Origin: an uncultured Rhodoluna sp. | GTDB taxonomy: Bacteria; Actinomycetota; Actinomycetes; Actinomycetales; Microbacteriaceae | Direction of reading: 5' to 3' | DNA: 64,000 nt | Assembly (NCBI GenBank): GCA_964394575.1 | Contig: CAYMYB010000005.1 | Coordinates: 11,141 to 75,140, forward strand | Shown here: positions 48,490 through 58,900 of the stretch, piece by piece | Layout: the number at the start of each line of letters is the position of its first letter | How positions within the stretch are numbered: the stretch's first letter is position 1 | Program-made: the position numbers and the translations under genes | Notes under the pieces: model-generated | Told to the model about the DNA's origin: nothing | Seen by the model: the letters and a program-made list of their open reading frames with translations, nothing else | Databases searched by the model: none

Positions 48490-49325
48490 TGAATGAGTTA
48501 CTCGGAGCTGCTGAGATCAGATTACTGGCGCAAAATCTTGGAGTTGTGCCAACCAAAAAACTCGGTCAAAACTTTGTCATTGATCCAAATACCATCAGGA
48601 AAATTGTTGCTGTTGCCAAATTATCTGGCAAGGAAAAAGTTGTTGAGATTGGTCCTGGACTTGGCTCGCTAACGCTGGGATTACTCGAAGTAGTCAAAGA
48701 CCTAGTTGCCGTTGAGGTAGATTCCAAAATGGCCTCGGGAATAATCGAAACTGTTTCAAGAAAAGCTCCGGAGAAAAATTTTAAACTCATTCACCAAGAT
48801 GCGCTTAAAGTTACCGAGTTACCCTTTGCCCCGGATGCGCTGGTTGCAAATCTTCCATACAACATCTCCGTCCCAGTACTGTTGCACTTTTTAGAACAGT
48901 TCCCAAGTATTACCAAAGGTGTAGTTCTGGTTCAGGCCGAGGTCGCCCATCGATTGGCGGCAGTGCCAGGCTCGAAAGTTTACGGTGTGCCAAGTGCCAA
49001 ATTGGCTTGGTACGCGCTAAGCAATCTTGCCGGCAATATCGGTCGTAATGTATTTTGGCCGATTCCCAATGTTGACTCTGCTCTGGTTTACTTTGAAAAA
49101 AGAGCTCAGCCGCTAGGTGATGAAACGCTACGACTCAAAACCTTTGAGGTGATTGATCAGGCATTTGCCCAGCGCCGCAAGACTCTTCGCCAAGCGCTAG
49201 CAAAATTTGCTGGTTCACCCGATAGGGCAGAACAACTCCTTGTTACCGCTGGTGTTTCACCAAGCCAGCGTGGCGAGGAGCTAAGCATTTTTGAGTTCAT
49301 GCAAATAGCTAAGGCGGCTAACTGA
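48489..49325 (+). CDS. rsmA: 16S rRNA (adenine1518/1519-N6)-dimethyltransferase
   Basis: LGQNFVIDPN, VVEIGPGLGSLT and ANLPYNIS motifs. ATGA overlap with tatD. Confidence 0.9.
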   Translation: MNELLGAAEIRLLAQNLGVVPTKKLGQNFVIDPNTIRKIVAVAKLSGKEKVVEIGPGLGSLTLGLLEVVKDLVAVEVDSKMASGIIETVSRKAPEKNFKLIHQDALKVTELPFAPDALVANLPYNISVPVLLHFLEQFPSITKGVVLVQAEVAHRLAAVPGSKVYGVPSAKLAWYALSNLAGNIGRNVFWPIPNVDSALVYFEKRAQPLGDETLRLKTFEVIDQAFAQRRKTLRQALAKFAGSPDRAEQLLVTAGVSPSQRGEELSIFEFMQIAKAAN

Positions 49326-49972
49326 TGTTTGGCCGGAAGAAGAAAATTACAGACATTTTCCAGGATTTACCGGTAGCTCCCGAGGGTATCCAGAGCCAGC
49401 CTAGGCCGACCCGCAAATCGGGCAAGCGGGCGATGCTTATTCCAGATACCCCATATACCGACAACCCGGCTGCCGATCTGCTCTTAGCCAATACGGGAAA
49501 GCAACGTGAGCTTTGGATCGATATTATCTTTGCCAGCGACCAGCGCGAAGCCAAGCAGGCCCAGATAGCCAAATTTTTGCAGGAAGACTATCGGGTGCAA
49601 AAATGGTGGGCAAACTCGATTGCCCTGATGTATCTGAAATGGCGCACCCAGTCAAAATCAAGCGCTGCTGATGAGAAGATTTTGAGAGTTACCGCTGTCA
49701 TCCCAACCACAGCTGCCCTTGCCTTCAACATTTTTAGTTCGGCAGATATCTATGGAGAGAGCTTTAATCGATTCTTGAAACTGATTCAGGATGAAAAAAT
49801 TATTATTGGTTTCAACAATCAAACCAGAGCTACTCTAATATTTGAAGCGGCCTCCGGAAATTGCAATTTACTTGTTGAACACGAATTTCTAGCCGACCCG
49901 GCAAAAAAGCGTGAGGCAACTAAGTACTGGCAGCAACTGATTCAGCAGATTATTGACCAGGTGAAAAGATGA
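49325..49972 (+). CDS. hypothetical protein inserted between ksgA and ispE
   Basis: 215 aa, overlapping the ksgA stop (TGATG) and the ispE start (ATGA). Weak resemblance to a DUF4287-like segment (KFLQEDYRVQKWWANSIALMYLKWR) followed by a possible SRPBCC-like half. Unverified. Confidence 0.55.
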   Translation: MFGRKKKITDIFQDLPVAPEGIQSQPRPTRKSGKRAMLIPDTPYTDNPAADLLLANTGKQRELWIDIIFASDQREAKQAQIAKFLQEDYRVQKWWANSIALMYLKWRTQSKSSAADEKILRVTAVIPTTAALAFNIFSSADIYGESFNRFLKLIQDEKIIIGFNNQTRATLIFEAASGNCNLLVEHEFLADPAKKREATKYWQQLIQQIIDQVKR

Positions 49973-50877
49973 TTAGCGTTAGCGCTCCAGCCAAAATCAA
50001 TTTGGTTTTTCAAGTTGCCGAATTAGCTAGCGATGGCTACCACCCGGTTAACTCACTCTATTTAGAGCTTGATCTTCGCGATAGGTTAACGCTTACCCCG
50101 ACCAGAGTAGATCAACCTATTCGAATTTCAGTGACTTCAAAAACTTTGCCCGCCCGGCACGTCAATTCCGTACCAACTGATCAAAGTAATTTAGTTTATG
50201 CGGTTGCCGAGAGGATGTTCAGCCTAGTCGGTGAAAGCCCATCGGGATTTGATGTGTCAATTGATAAATCAATACCAGTAGCCGGCGGCATGGCTGGAGG
50301 TTCTGCTGACGCTGCGGCCATGCTTATCGCTTGCAATCATTATCTACATGAGCTTTTCGGTAAGCCGCTACTTGGCGAAGCAGAGCTTTTTGAGCTGGCC
50401 GGAGAATTTGGTAGCGATGTTCCGTTTAGTTTGCTTGGCGGGCTAGCCATCGGCACTAATCACGGTGAGCAACTACAGCGTTTAGATCCGCTTGGCTTTG
50501 AATGTGTCTTTGTTCTTGCAATTAGTCCGGAAGGTCTTTCAACTCCGCAGGTATACAGCAGATTCGATGAAGTTGGGCAAAGCAGTAACTTTAGCGATTT
50601 GACTAGTCCGATAGCAGGAGTAAAGGATTTAGCCAAACTGATGCACAATGATTTGGAGAAAGCTGCGATCACGCTAATGCCTTCAATCAGCAACACCATC
50701 GAAGTCTTAGACTTAGCCGCTGCATTAAAAGCCATGGTTACCGGTAGCGGACCAACGGTCATCGGCCTTTTTGAACGTGCCGAAACAGCCGAAAAGGCGG
50801 TCACTTTGCTCAGCGATTTAGGCCTGATCGCACTTCTGGCTAGGCCTAGTTACCGCGGAACAAGGCTGGAAAACTAA
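49969..50877 (+). CDS. ispE: 4-diphosphocytidyl-2-C-methyl-D-erythritol kinase
   Basis: APAKINL N-terminus and the GHMP kinase motif PVAGGMAGGSADAAA. Confidence 0.9.
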   Translation: MISVSAPAKINLVFQVAELASDGYHPVNSLYLELDLRDRLTLTPTRVDQPIRISVTSKTLPARHVNSVPTDQSNLVYAVAERMFSLVGESPSGFDVSIDKSIPVAGGMAGGSADAAAMLIACNHYLHELFGKPLLGEAELFELAGEFGSDVPFSLLGGLAIGTNHGEQLQRLDPLGFECVFVLAISPEGLSTPQVYSRFDEVGQSSNFSDLTSPIAGVKDLAKLMHNDLEKAAITLMPSISNTIEVLDLAAALKAMVTGSGPTVIGLFERAETAEKAVTLLSDLGLIALLARPSYRGTRLEN

Positions 50878-50914
50878 AAACTCTGGCAGAATTAGGTTGC
50901 CGCAAGTAATAAAT

Positions 50915-50986
50915 TGCTCCCTAGTGTAACGGCAGCACGGCACCCTTTGGAGGTGTTCGGTCCAGGTTCGAATCCTGGGGGAGCAG
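50915..50986 (+). tRNA. tRNA-Gln (anticodon UUG), no encoded CCA
   Basis: Acceptor TGCTCCC/GGGAGCA (U1:A72, typical of tRNA-Gln), anticodon arm GCACC-CTTTGGA-GGTGT, T arm CCAGG-TTCGAAT-CCTGG. Confidence 0.85.
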
Positions 50987-51012
50987 CGCTAAATAAATAA
51001 CCGGGAGGTTAA

Positions 51013-52437
51013 ATGAGCGAAGATCACTTGGCAGTAGTGGTTTTAGCCGCTGGCGAAGGTGTCAGGATGCGCTCAGCAACTCCTAAGGTTATGCACGAAA
51101 TTGCTGGATTACCGCTTCTTGGGCACGCTCTGGCCACGGCTAGTTCGGTTGGAGCTAAATATGTAGTTCCGGTGATCCGTCACGAAAAAGACAAACTTGA
51201 GCCTTACATCCACGCCTTCTACCCTTCGGTGCACATCGCCCACCAAGACGCTACACCGGGCACTGGGCGAGCCTTGGAGTGCGCACTGAATGTGTTACCT
51301 GACGGATTTGATGGCGCCGTAGTTGTAACCAGCGCTGATGTTCCGCTTTTAGATGTGCAGACCATCGAATCTATGCTTGAGGTTCATTTAGCCAGTGGGG
51401 CGGGAGCGACCGTTCTAACCGCGGTATTTGATGATCCAACTGGATACGGCCGGGTAATACGAACAGATGCTGGCGAGTTTAACTCAATAGTTGAACATCG
51501 TGATGCCACCGAAGAGGAACTTGAAATAACTGAGGTCAATGCCGGAGTATATGTATTTGATTTTGCCCTGATAAAAGATGCCCTTACAAAAATAGCTGCC
51601 CAGAATGCGGCCGGTGAAAAATATCTAACCGACGCCGTCACTGAGATAGCCAAAGCTGGAGGCAAAGTTCAAGCACTTGCGGTCAGGGACAACTGGCTGG
51701 TTGCCGGTGTAAATAACCGAGTGCAGCTTCAGCAGGTAGCTACCGAACTCAATCGCAGAATTTGTCAGGGTTGGATGCTAGCCGGTGTGACAATTCTGGA
51801 TCCTGACAGCACCTTTATCGACATCACCGCAGTTATCGGTGAGGATGTTACCCTGCTACCGGGAACCTTCCTAAATGGGATCACCAGTGTTGGTCGCGGA
51901 AGTGTGATTGGCCCTGAGGTTAGCATTCATGATTCGCAAATTGGCGAGAACGTGAGAATTAGAAAATCAGATATCAACGGCGCGGTTATTGAATCCGATG
52001 CGAGCGTAGGACCGTTTAGCTATATTCGCCCAGGCACCCATTTGGGGGCAGGGGGGAAGATTGGCACCTTCGTGGAAACCAAGAATGCCAAAATCGGGGC
52101 TGGAAGTAAAATTCCTCACCTTTCCTATGTCGGCGATGCAGTCATCGGGGAGCACAGCAACATCGGTGCCGGCACCATCTTCGCTAACTACGACGGAGTC
52201 GCCAAGCACCAGACCACAATCGGTTCGCACGTCCGAACCGGCTCACATAACGTCTTTGTTGCACCTGTCGAGATTGCCGATGGCGCATACACCGCCGCTG
52301 GTACGGTGGTACGTAAAGATGTCGCAGCTGGAGATTTAGCCATGAACGTCGCCCCACAGCGTAGTATTGCCAACTGGGTGTTGGCTAAACGCCCAGGAAC
52401 CGGTTCAGCAGAAGCGGCCAAGAAAGCCAAAGAGTAA
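51013..52437 (+). CDS. glmU: bifunctional GlcNAc-1-P uridyltransferase / GlcN-1-P acetyltransferase
   Basis: LAAGEGVRM N-terminal motif and C-terminal left-handed-helix hexapeptide repeats. Confidence 0.95.
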   Translation: MSEDHLAVVVLAAGEGVRMRSATPKVMHEIAGLPLLGHALATASSVGAKYVVPVIRHEKDKLEPYIHAFYPSVHIAHQDATPGTGRALECALNVLPDGFDGAVVVTSADVPLLDVQTIESMLEVHLASGAGATVLTAVFDDPTGYGRVIRTDAGEFNSIVEHRDATEEELEITEVNAGVYVFDFALIKDALTKIAAQNAAGEKYLTDAVTEIAKAGGKVQALAVRDNWLVAGVNNRVQLQQVATELNRRICQGWMLAGVTILDPDSTFIDITAVIGEDVTLLPGTFLNGITSVGRGSVIGPEVSIHDSQIGENVRIRKSDINGAVIESDASVGPFSYIRPGTHLGAGGKIGTFVETKNAKIGAGSKIPHLSYVGDAVIGEHSNIGAGTIFANYDGVAKHQTTIGSHVRTGSHNVFVAPVEIADGAYTAAGTVVRKDVAAGDLAMNVAPQRSIANWVLAKRPGTGSAEAAKKAKE

Positions 52438-52451
52438 AGGATATCGAGCAA

Positions 52452-53426
52452 GTGCAGATAAAAACCTCGGGACAAAAGCGACTGGTTTTAGCTAGCGGAA
52501 GAGGACACCCGGAACTTGCTCAGGAAATTGCTACACTGCTCGGTACCGAACTGGTACCAACCACCTCCTATAACTTCGCGAACGGTGAGATTTTCGTTCG
52601 ATTCGACGAGTCGGTGCGCGGTGTCGACGCTTTTGTGATTCAGTCACATTCGGCACCAATCAATGATCAACTTATGGAACAGCTGATCATGATTGATGCG
52701 TTGAAACGCGCCAGTGCCAAGCGAATTACAGTGGTTTCTCCATTTTTCCCCTACGCCAGACAAGATAAAAAGCACAAAGGTAGGGAACCGATTTCGGCAC
52801 GTTTGGTTGCGGATTTATACAAGGCAGCAGGTGCTGATCGACTAATGTCAGTTGATTTGCATTCACCCCAGATCCAGGGCTTCTTCGATGGACCGGTTGA
52901 TCACCTCTGGGCTCTGCCACTTCTAGCCGATCATGTGAAGCAAACTTTCGGTGCAGATAAAATCACCGTGGTCTCTCCAGATTCGGGCCGAGTAAGAGTT
53001 GCTGATATTTGGGCAGACAGACTAGGTGCACCGCTTGCAATCATTCACAAGCGTCGCGACCCAACCAAGCCCAACCAGGTTCAGGTAAATGAATTGGTTG
53101 GTGAGGTTGAAGGAAGAGTTTGTGTTCTAGTCGACGACATGATTGATACCGCTGGAACTATCGTCGCCGCGGCGAAAGCCCTGCGTGATAACGGTGCTGG
53201 ACGCATTATTGTGGCGGCGACGCACGCGGTGTTTAGCGACCCTGCAGTTGAACGCTTGTCAGGTCCTGAGGTGGACAACGTTATTGTCACCAACACTCTG
53301 CCAATTCCTGAAGACAAGCAATTCGAGAAACTAACTGTGCTTTCGATTGCACCTCTGGTGGCTAGAGCAATTTCATCGGTGTTCAACGATGACAGTGTGA
53401 CCATCCTCTTTGATGGCCACGTCTAA
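52452..53426 (+). CDS. prs: ribose-phosphate diphosphokinase
   Basis: FANGEIFVRF, YARQDKK, and the PRPP loop VLVDDMIDTAGT. GTG start. Confidence 0.95.
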   Translation: MQIKTSGQKRLVLASGRGHPELAQEIATLLGTELVPTTSYNFANGEIFVRFDESVRGVDAFVIQSHSAPINDQLMEQLIMIDALKRASAKRITVVSPFFPYARQDKKHKGREPISARLVADLYKAAGADRLMSVDLHSPQIQGFFDGPVDHLWALPLLADHVKQTFGADKITVVSPDSGRVRVADIWADRLGAPLAIIHKRRDPTKPNQVQVNELVGEVEGRVCVLVDDMIDTAGTIVAAAKALRDNGAGRIIVAATHAVFSDPAVERLSGPEVDNVIVTNTLPIPEDKQFEKLTVLSIAPLVARAISSVFNDDSVTILFDGHV

Positions 53427-54696
53427 AAAGCAACAACTATCACTCCTAGGAGCAGTTGCCATCGGGGTTGCCTCGATGCTTGGCGCTGGTGTTTTCTTTG
53501 TTTGGAGCGCTGCATATGAGTCAGCCGGTGCTAGTTTCTTCTTCGCGCTTTTGCTGGCGGCAATTGTTGCCTCACTAAATGCCGCATCGGTATATCAACT
53601 AGCTGGCGGTATCTCTAGAGCCGGTGGTATCTACGCCTATTCACGGGTCTACCTGCCAAAGAGCATCAGCTTCATCGCTGGCTTTTCTTTTGTCTTTGGC
53701 AAGATCGCCTCCATTGCGGCGATAGCACTCATTATTCAGCTCTATCTTGTCCCACAGGGTACGGTGCTAAATCCAGCGATGCCAAATATTTTGAATGACA
53801 TTCACGTGGCTTCTCTAGCAGTTCTTTTGATGACCTGCCTCAATTTGCTGGGTATCAACCGAACAGCTTTGGTTGCCGCTATCTTGGCAATAATCACCTT
53901 GGGCTTTTTACTATTTTGTATTGTTGTTGGTCTAAGTAATGGTTTTGATTCACAGGCAATAAATCAGTTTTCCCTAATGCCCAGTGTGAGCCAAGGCACT
54001 TTGGCGGCGGCGGCGATTATATTTTTTGCATTTGCCGGCTATGCCAGGGTGGCAACCCTTGGCGATGAAGTAAAAGACCCAAAGAAGAATATTCCCCGTG
54101 CCATAGTAATTTCGCTTGGGTTAGTCATTCTGTTGTATTTTCTGCTTGCCGCTGTGGTGTCGGGAGTAGTTGGTAGCGCCAATGAACCGATGAATGATGC
54201 CACTTTTGAGGCTCTGCTATCAACAAGCGCTCCTTGGTTTAATCCAGCAATAATTGATGCGGTCGTCCTTGCTGCCAGCCTTGGATCAATTCTTGCCTTG
54301 TTAGCTGGTGTCTCAAGAACCGCGGCCACCATGGCCGAAGATCGAGAGTTACCCAAAGTATTTGAACAACGTAATCGATTTGGAGCGCCTTGGTTAGCTG
54401 AATTGCTTATTGCTTTTGGGGCAATAGTTCTAATTGAGACCAAGCAATACACCGCCTGGGTTATTGGTTTTTCAAGCTTCAGCGTGCTGCTTTACTACGC
54501 AATTGGTCACCTCAGCGTACTCAGGCAACCCAAAGCAGAGCGCAAGCAGCCGCTCGCTGTTGCGATTATTGGTCTGGCCCTCGCTCTGCTCTTGCTATTT
54601 AGCGTTCCAGGGCCAGCAGTGCCTATTAGCTTGGCGGTCTTAGGTCTAGCCCTGCTAGTCAGATTTACCTTGCAGAAGGTATTCAAAGCCAACTAG
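53410..54696 (+). CDS. APC-superfamily amino-acid permease
   Basis: 428 aa with about 12 TM segments. The N-terminal GAVAIGVASMLGAGVF is typical of APC transporters. Confidence 0.8.
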   Translation: MMATSKKQQLSLLGAVAIGVASMLGAGVFFVWSAAYESAGASFFFALLLAAIVASLNAASVYQLAGGISRAGGIYAYSRVYLPKSISFIAGFSFVFGKIASIAAIALIIQLYLVPQGTVLNPAMPNILNDIHVASLAVLLMTCLNLLGINRTALVAAILAIITLGFLLFCIVVGLSNGFDSQAINQFSLMPSVSQGTLAAAAIIFFAFAGYARVATLGDEVKDPKKNIPRAIVISLGLVILLYFLLAAVVSGVVGSANEPMNDATFEALLSTSAPWFNPAIIDAVVLAASLGSILALLAGVSRTAATMAEDRELPKVFEQRNRFGAPWLAELLIAFGAIVLIETKQYTAWVIGFSSFSVLLYYAIGHLSVLRQPKAERKQPLAVAIIGLALALLLLFSVPGPAVPISLAVLGLALLVRFTLQKVFKAN

Positions 54697-54798
54697 AGTA
54701 TAGGTAGTAACAACGGCGAGGGTCGAATGACCGTAATCGACGGGGTAGTTTTAGTTCCTCGCGATCAGCTTGAGTTGAACAAATAAAAAGGATAAAAA

Positions 54799-55398
54799 AT
54801 GTCAGTAAACAAACTTGTCGGCGAGATGCGCACCAGCTTTGGTAAAGGCGCTGCCCGTAAGGCCCGCGCAGCCGGAAGAACCCCTGCTGTTATCTACGGC
54901 CACGGTTCAGAGCCAAGACACATCACCCTTCCAGCTCACGAGGTAGCGCTAGTACTTCGTTACAAGAACGCCATCATCGAGCTCACTCTAAACGGCAAGA
55001 CAGAAACCGTTTTGGTGAAATCAGCTTCGAAGGACGTTGTCACCCAGGTCATCGAGCACATCGACCTAGTTGAGATTGTCAAGGGTGAGCGAGTCCACGT
55101 TGAGGTTCCAGTTCACGTTGTCGGTGAATCACAATCTGGAACGGTTATCGATCTTGAGCACAAGACTCTAAAGATTGAAGCCGATGCAACAGCAATTCCA
55201 GAGTATCTAGAGGTTGTCTTCAACAAGGAAGGCCTCGGCTTCCACGTAACCGCAGGTGACATCAAGCTTCCTGCCGGTGTGAAGTTGGATCTAGACGCTC
55301 ACGAGCTCGTTGCCTCTGTAGTTGGAACCGGTGCCGGTGCCAGCGAAGAGGCTGAGGCTACTCCAGCTGCTGCAGCTGAGGCCCCAAAAGCTGAGTAA
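54799..55398 (+). CDS. rplY: 50S ribosomal protein L25 (Ctc form)
   Basis: RTSFGKGAARKARAAGRTPAVIYGHG N-terminus, two-domain length and an Ala/Glu-rich tail. Followed by pth, as in other actinobacteria. Confidence 0.9.
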   Translation: MSVNKLVGEMRTSFGKGAARKARAAGRTPAVIYGHGSEPRHITLPAHEVALVLRYKNAIIELTLNGKTETVLVKSASKDVVTQVIEHIDLVEIVKGERVHVEVPVHVVGESQSGTVIDLEHKTLKIEADATAIPEYLEVVFNKEGLGFHVTAGDIKLPAGVKLDLDAHELVASVVGTGAGASEEAEATPAAAAEAPKAE

Positions 55399-55971
55399 TT
55401 GAACAGCAACACTTTTCTTGTAGTCGGGCTCGGTAATCCTGGGCCCGACTACTCTCACAATCGGCACAACATCGGTCAACAGGTGCTCGATGTGCTGGCT
55501 AGCCGACTAGAGGCAAAGTTTAAATCCCACAAAGCTGGTGCTCAAGTTGCCGAAGGCAAGCTGGCTGGTGTGAAATTGGTTTTGGCAAAATCTAACGGGT
55601 ACATGAACAATAGCGGTGCACCTACTGCAGCATTATTGAAATTTTATGATTTGGCACTAGAGAATCTAATCGTCATCCACGATGAACTAGATATTGATTT
55701 TGGTCAGTTGAAGATTAAATTTGGCGGTGGTCACGCCGGACACAATGGACTAAGAAGTATCAGTGGTGCACTGGGCGGTGACTACATCAGGATTCGTTTT
55801 GGCATTGGTCGGCCACCGGGCAGCCAAGATCCAGCAGATTTCGTGCTGAAGAATTTTTCCAGCAATGAAAAAGCCGAATTACCTGTTCTACTGGAGATAG
55901 CTGCTGATATGGTGCAGAGCATCGTCAAAGATGGCCTGCTTTCTGCACAAACCAAGTATCACTCCAAGTAG
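55399..55971 (+). CDS. pth: peptidyl-tRNA hydrolase
   Basis: LVVGLGNPGPDYSHNRHNIG and GHNGLRS motifs. TTG start directly after the rplY stop. Confidence 0.9.
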   Translation: MNSNTFLVVGLGNPGPDYSHNRHNIGQQVLDVLASRLEAKFKSHKAGAQVAEGKLAGVKLVLAKSNGYMNNSGAPTAALLKFYDLALENLIVIHDELDIDFGQLKIKFGGGHAGHNGLRSISGALGGDYIRIRFGIGRPPGSQDPADFVLKNFSSNEKAELPVLLEIAADMVQSIVKDGLLSAQTKYHSK

Positions 55972-55991
55972 TTCACGCTTAGACTTAAGCC

Positions 55992-58900
55992 ATGAACGTG
56001 CACGACGGATCTGAGGGGTGCTCGCGCCTTGCTGCACGTTTAGCCGAATCTGAGGGTTTTTCGGCACTTAGCAAAAACCTGACCAAGAAAAAGCTTGAGA
56101 TAGTTGCCCCCAGTGGATCCCAGAACTGGGTGTTGGCCGCAATCAACGAACTACACAGCAGAGCAGAGCTAAATAACCAGTATTTAGTTGTGGTCAGTAG
56201 CGGCAAGGAAGCCCAAGAATTATCAGATTTTCTCAAATTAGTCGCTCCTGAAAGCGAAGTGCTCGAGTTTGTTTCTTGGGAAACACTCCCGCATGAGCGG
56301 CTCAGCCCTTCGCCGGAAACGGTGGGCAAGCGCTTGGCGAGCCTGCATCGGCTAGCCGAATTACAAAAAACTAATCAACCCTTTTTTGTAGTTTGTTCGA
56401 TTCGGGCTGCCCTGCAACCGGTGATTCTTGGTTTAGAGAAATATCCTGCGCTGCAATTTGAGGTTGGCAAAGAATACCTGCTACCTGAGTTAGCCCTCAA
56501 ACTTATTGAGATTGCCTACCAAAGAGTCGACATGGTGACCCGCCGCGGCGAATTTGCTGTGCGCGGTGGCATCGTCGATGTTTTCCCAACCACGGCAAAA
56601 CACCCGGTTCGGCTGGAGTTTTTCGGTGACGAACTAGAGCAGATGCGTGAATTTTCCGTTGCCGACCAACGTTCACTTGAAGCTAAGCCAACCGAGCTAA
56701 CTGTTTATCCGGCCAGAGAAATCATCATCACCCCGGCAGTTGCCCAAAGAGCTAGAGAGATGGAGCACGAATTTCCGAATCTGTTCACCCTGCTAGCGAA
56801 AATCGGGCAGGGGATTCCAGTCGATGGCATGGAGTCTCTGGCACCGGTTTTAGTTGATCGGTTAGGCCAGATATCCGACTACCTTCCAAAAAACGCTCAG
56901 ATTGTTTTACTCTCACCTGAAAAATCCATGGCTAGGGCTACGAATCTGATTGATACCAACCTTGAATTCCTTCATGCAGCCTGGGACGCAGCAATCGAAG
57001 GGGCAAAAGCGCCGATAGATTTATCGGCCGGCGGTTTCAAAACCATGATGGAATTTGTTTCAGGCCTTGACGGCAGAGATTTAATCTCAATCACTTCGTT
57101 TCTAAGTGATGAAAAGCAAATCAACTTGCCACTTTTTGAAGTGCCAAGTTTTAAGGCACTCCAAACCGAACCGATTGACTACATCCAAGACCAGCTAAAG
57201 CTTGATCACAGTGTTTTTCTTTCAGCCATGGGCCACGGCACAGCCGAACGTATGGTGGAAATACTCAGCGAGGCCAAACTGCCAGCCAAGCTAGCAAACA
57301 GCGTTCCAACTAGGTTTGAACCAATTGTTTATGTAATTCAAGCGCCGCTTCGCAAAGGTTTTGTCGCTAACGATGCCAAGATCACCCTGATAACCGATAG
57401 TGAGTTCTTTGGGCGAGGAACTACCTTTGGTCAGCCCAATAAACCGCGCATGGCACAAAAGCGTGGCCAGGCAGTCGATCCGCTAACCCTAAAAGCTGGG
57501 GATTACGTGGTGCATGAGATTCACGGCATCGGCCGTTTTGTTGAGATGACTCAGCGCACCCTAGGTGTTGGAATTGCCAAATACACCAAGGAATACCTAG
57601 TGATTGAGTATGCTCCAGCCAAACGAGGACTAAAAGGGGACGTGCTCTATGTTCCAACCGATCAGCTTGATTATCTGACCAGGTACGTTGGCGCAGAGGC
57701 ACCGGTGATGAACAAGATGGGTGGCATCGACTGGGCAAGAGCCAAGGGGAATGCACGAAAGGCGGTGCGTAAGGTTGCTATTGATCTAGTCAAACTGTAT
57801 TCGCAGCGAATGAATGCCAGCGGTCACGCCTTCCTGCCGGATGGTGATTGGCAACGAGAAATGGAAGATAGCTTCCCCTATACCGAGACGCCGGATCAAC
57901 TAAATACCGTAGAGGAAATTAAGCGGGATATGGAAAAGCCGGTTCCGATGGACCGTTTAGTCGCTGGCGATGTCGGTTATGGAAAAACGGAAATAGCTGT
58001 TCGCGCTGCTTTCAAAGCGGTTCAGGATGGCAAGCAGGTGGCAATTTTGGTGCCAACCACGCTGTTAGTCAGACAGCACGTCGAGACTTTTCTGGAGCGC
58101 TACGCCGGGTTCCCAATCAATGTCAGAGCGCTATCAAGATTTCAAAGTCCTAAGGAAAACAAAGCGACTATTGAAGATCTAGCCACCGGCTTGGTGGATG
58201 TGGTAATCGGGACACATAAATTACTTGGCAAGAACATTAAATTTAAAGACTTGGGTTTAGTCATCATCGATGAAGAACAGCGTTTTGGTGTTGAGCATAA
58301 AGAAAAACTAAAAGAGCTAAAAACCAATGTCGATGTTCTAGCAATGTCAGCAACGCCAATTCCTAGAACTTTAGAGATGGCGATAACCGGCATTCGTGAG
58401 ATGTCTACTCTGGCAACGCCGCCGGAGGAACGCCACCCGATTTTGACCTACGTCGGCCCCTATAACGAGTCACAGGTTGCCGCGGCTATCCACCGCGAAC
58501 TTATTCGGGAGGGCCAAGTCTTTTTCGTGCATAACCGAGTTGAAAGCATTGATTTTGTTGCCAGTCGTTTAGCCGAATTGGTACCAGATGCCAGGATCGC
58601 AGTGGCACATGGTCAGATGAATGAGCATCAGTTAGAACAGGTGGTTATAGATTTCTGGGAGAGGCGTTACGACGTATTAGTCTCAACAACAATCATTGAA
58701 GCTGGTATCGATATCCCTAACGCCAACACCTTGATTGTCGACCGAGCCGAGAATTTTGGATTAGCCCAGTTGCACCAGATTCGCGGCCGTGTCGGTAGAT
58801 CAACTGAGCGGGCCTACGCCTACTTTTTCTACGGTGTTGAAAAGCCACTTTCCCCATTTGCTCTAGATCGGCTAAGCACAATTGCAGCGAACAATGAACT

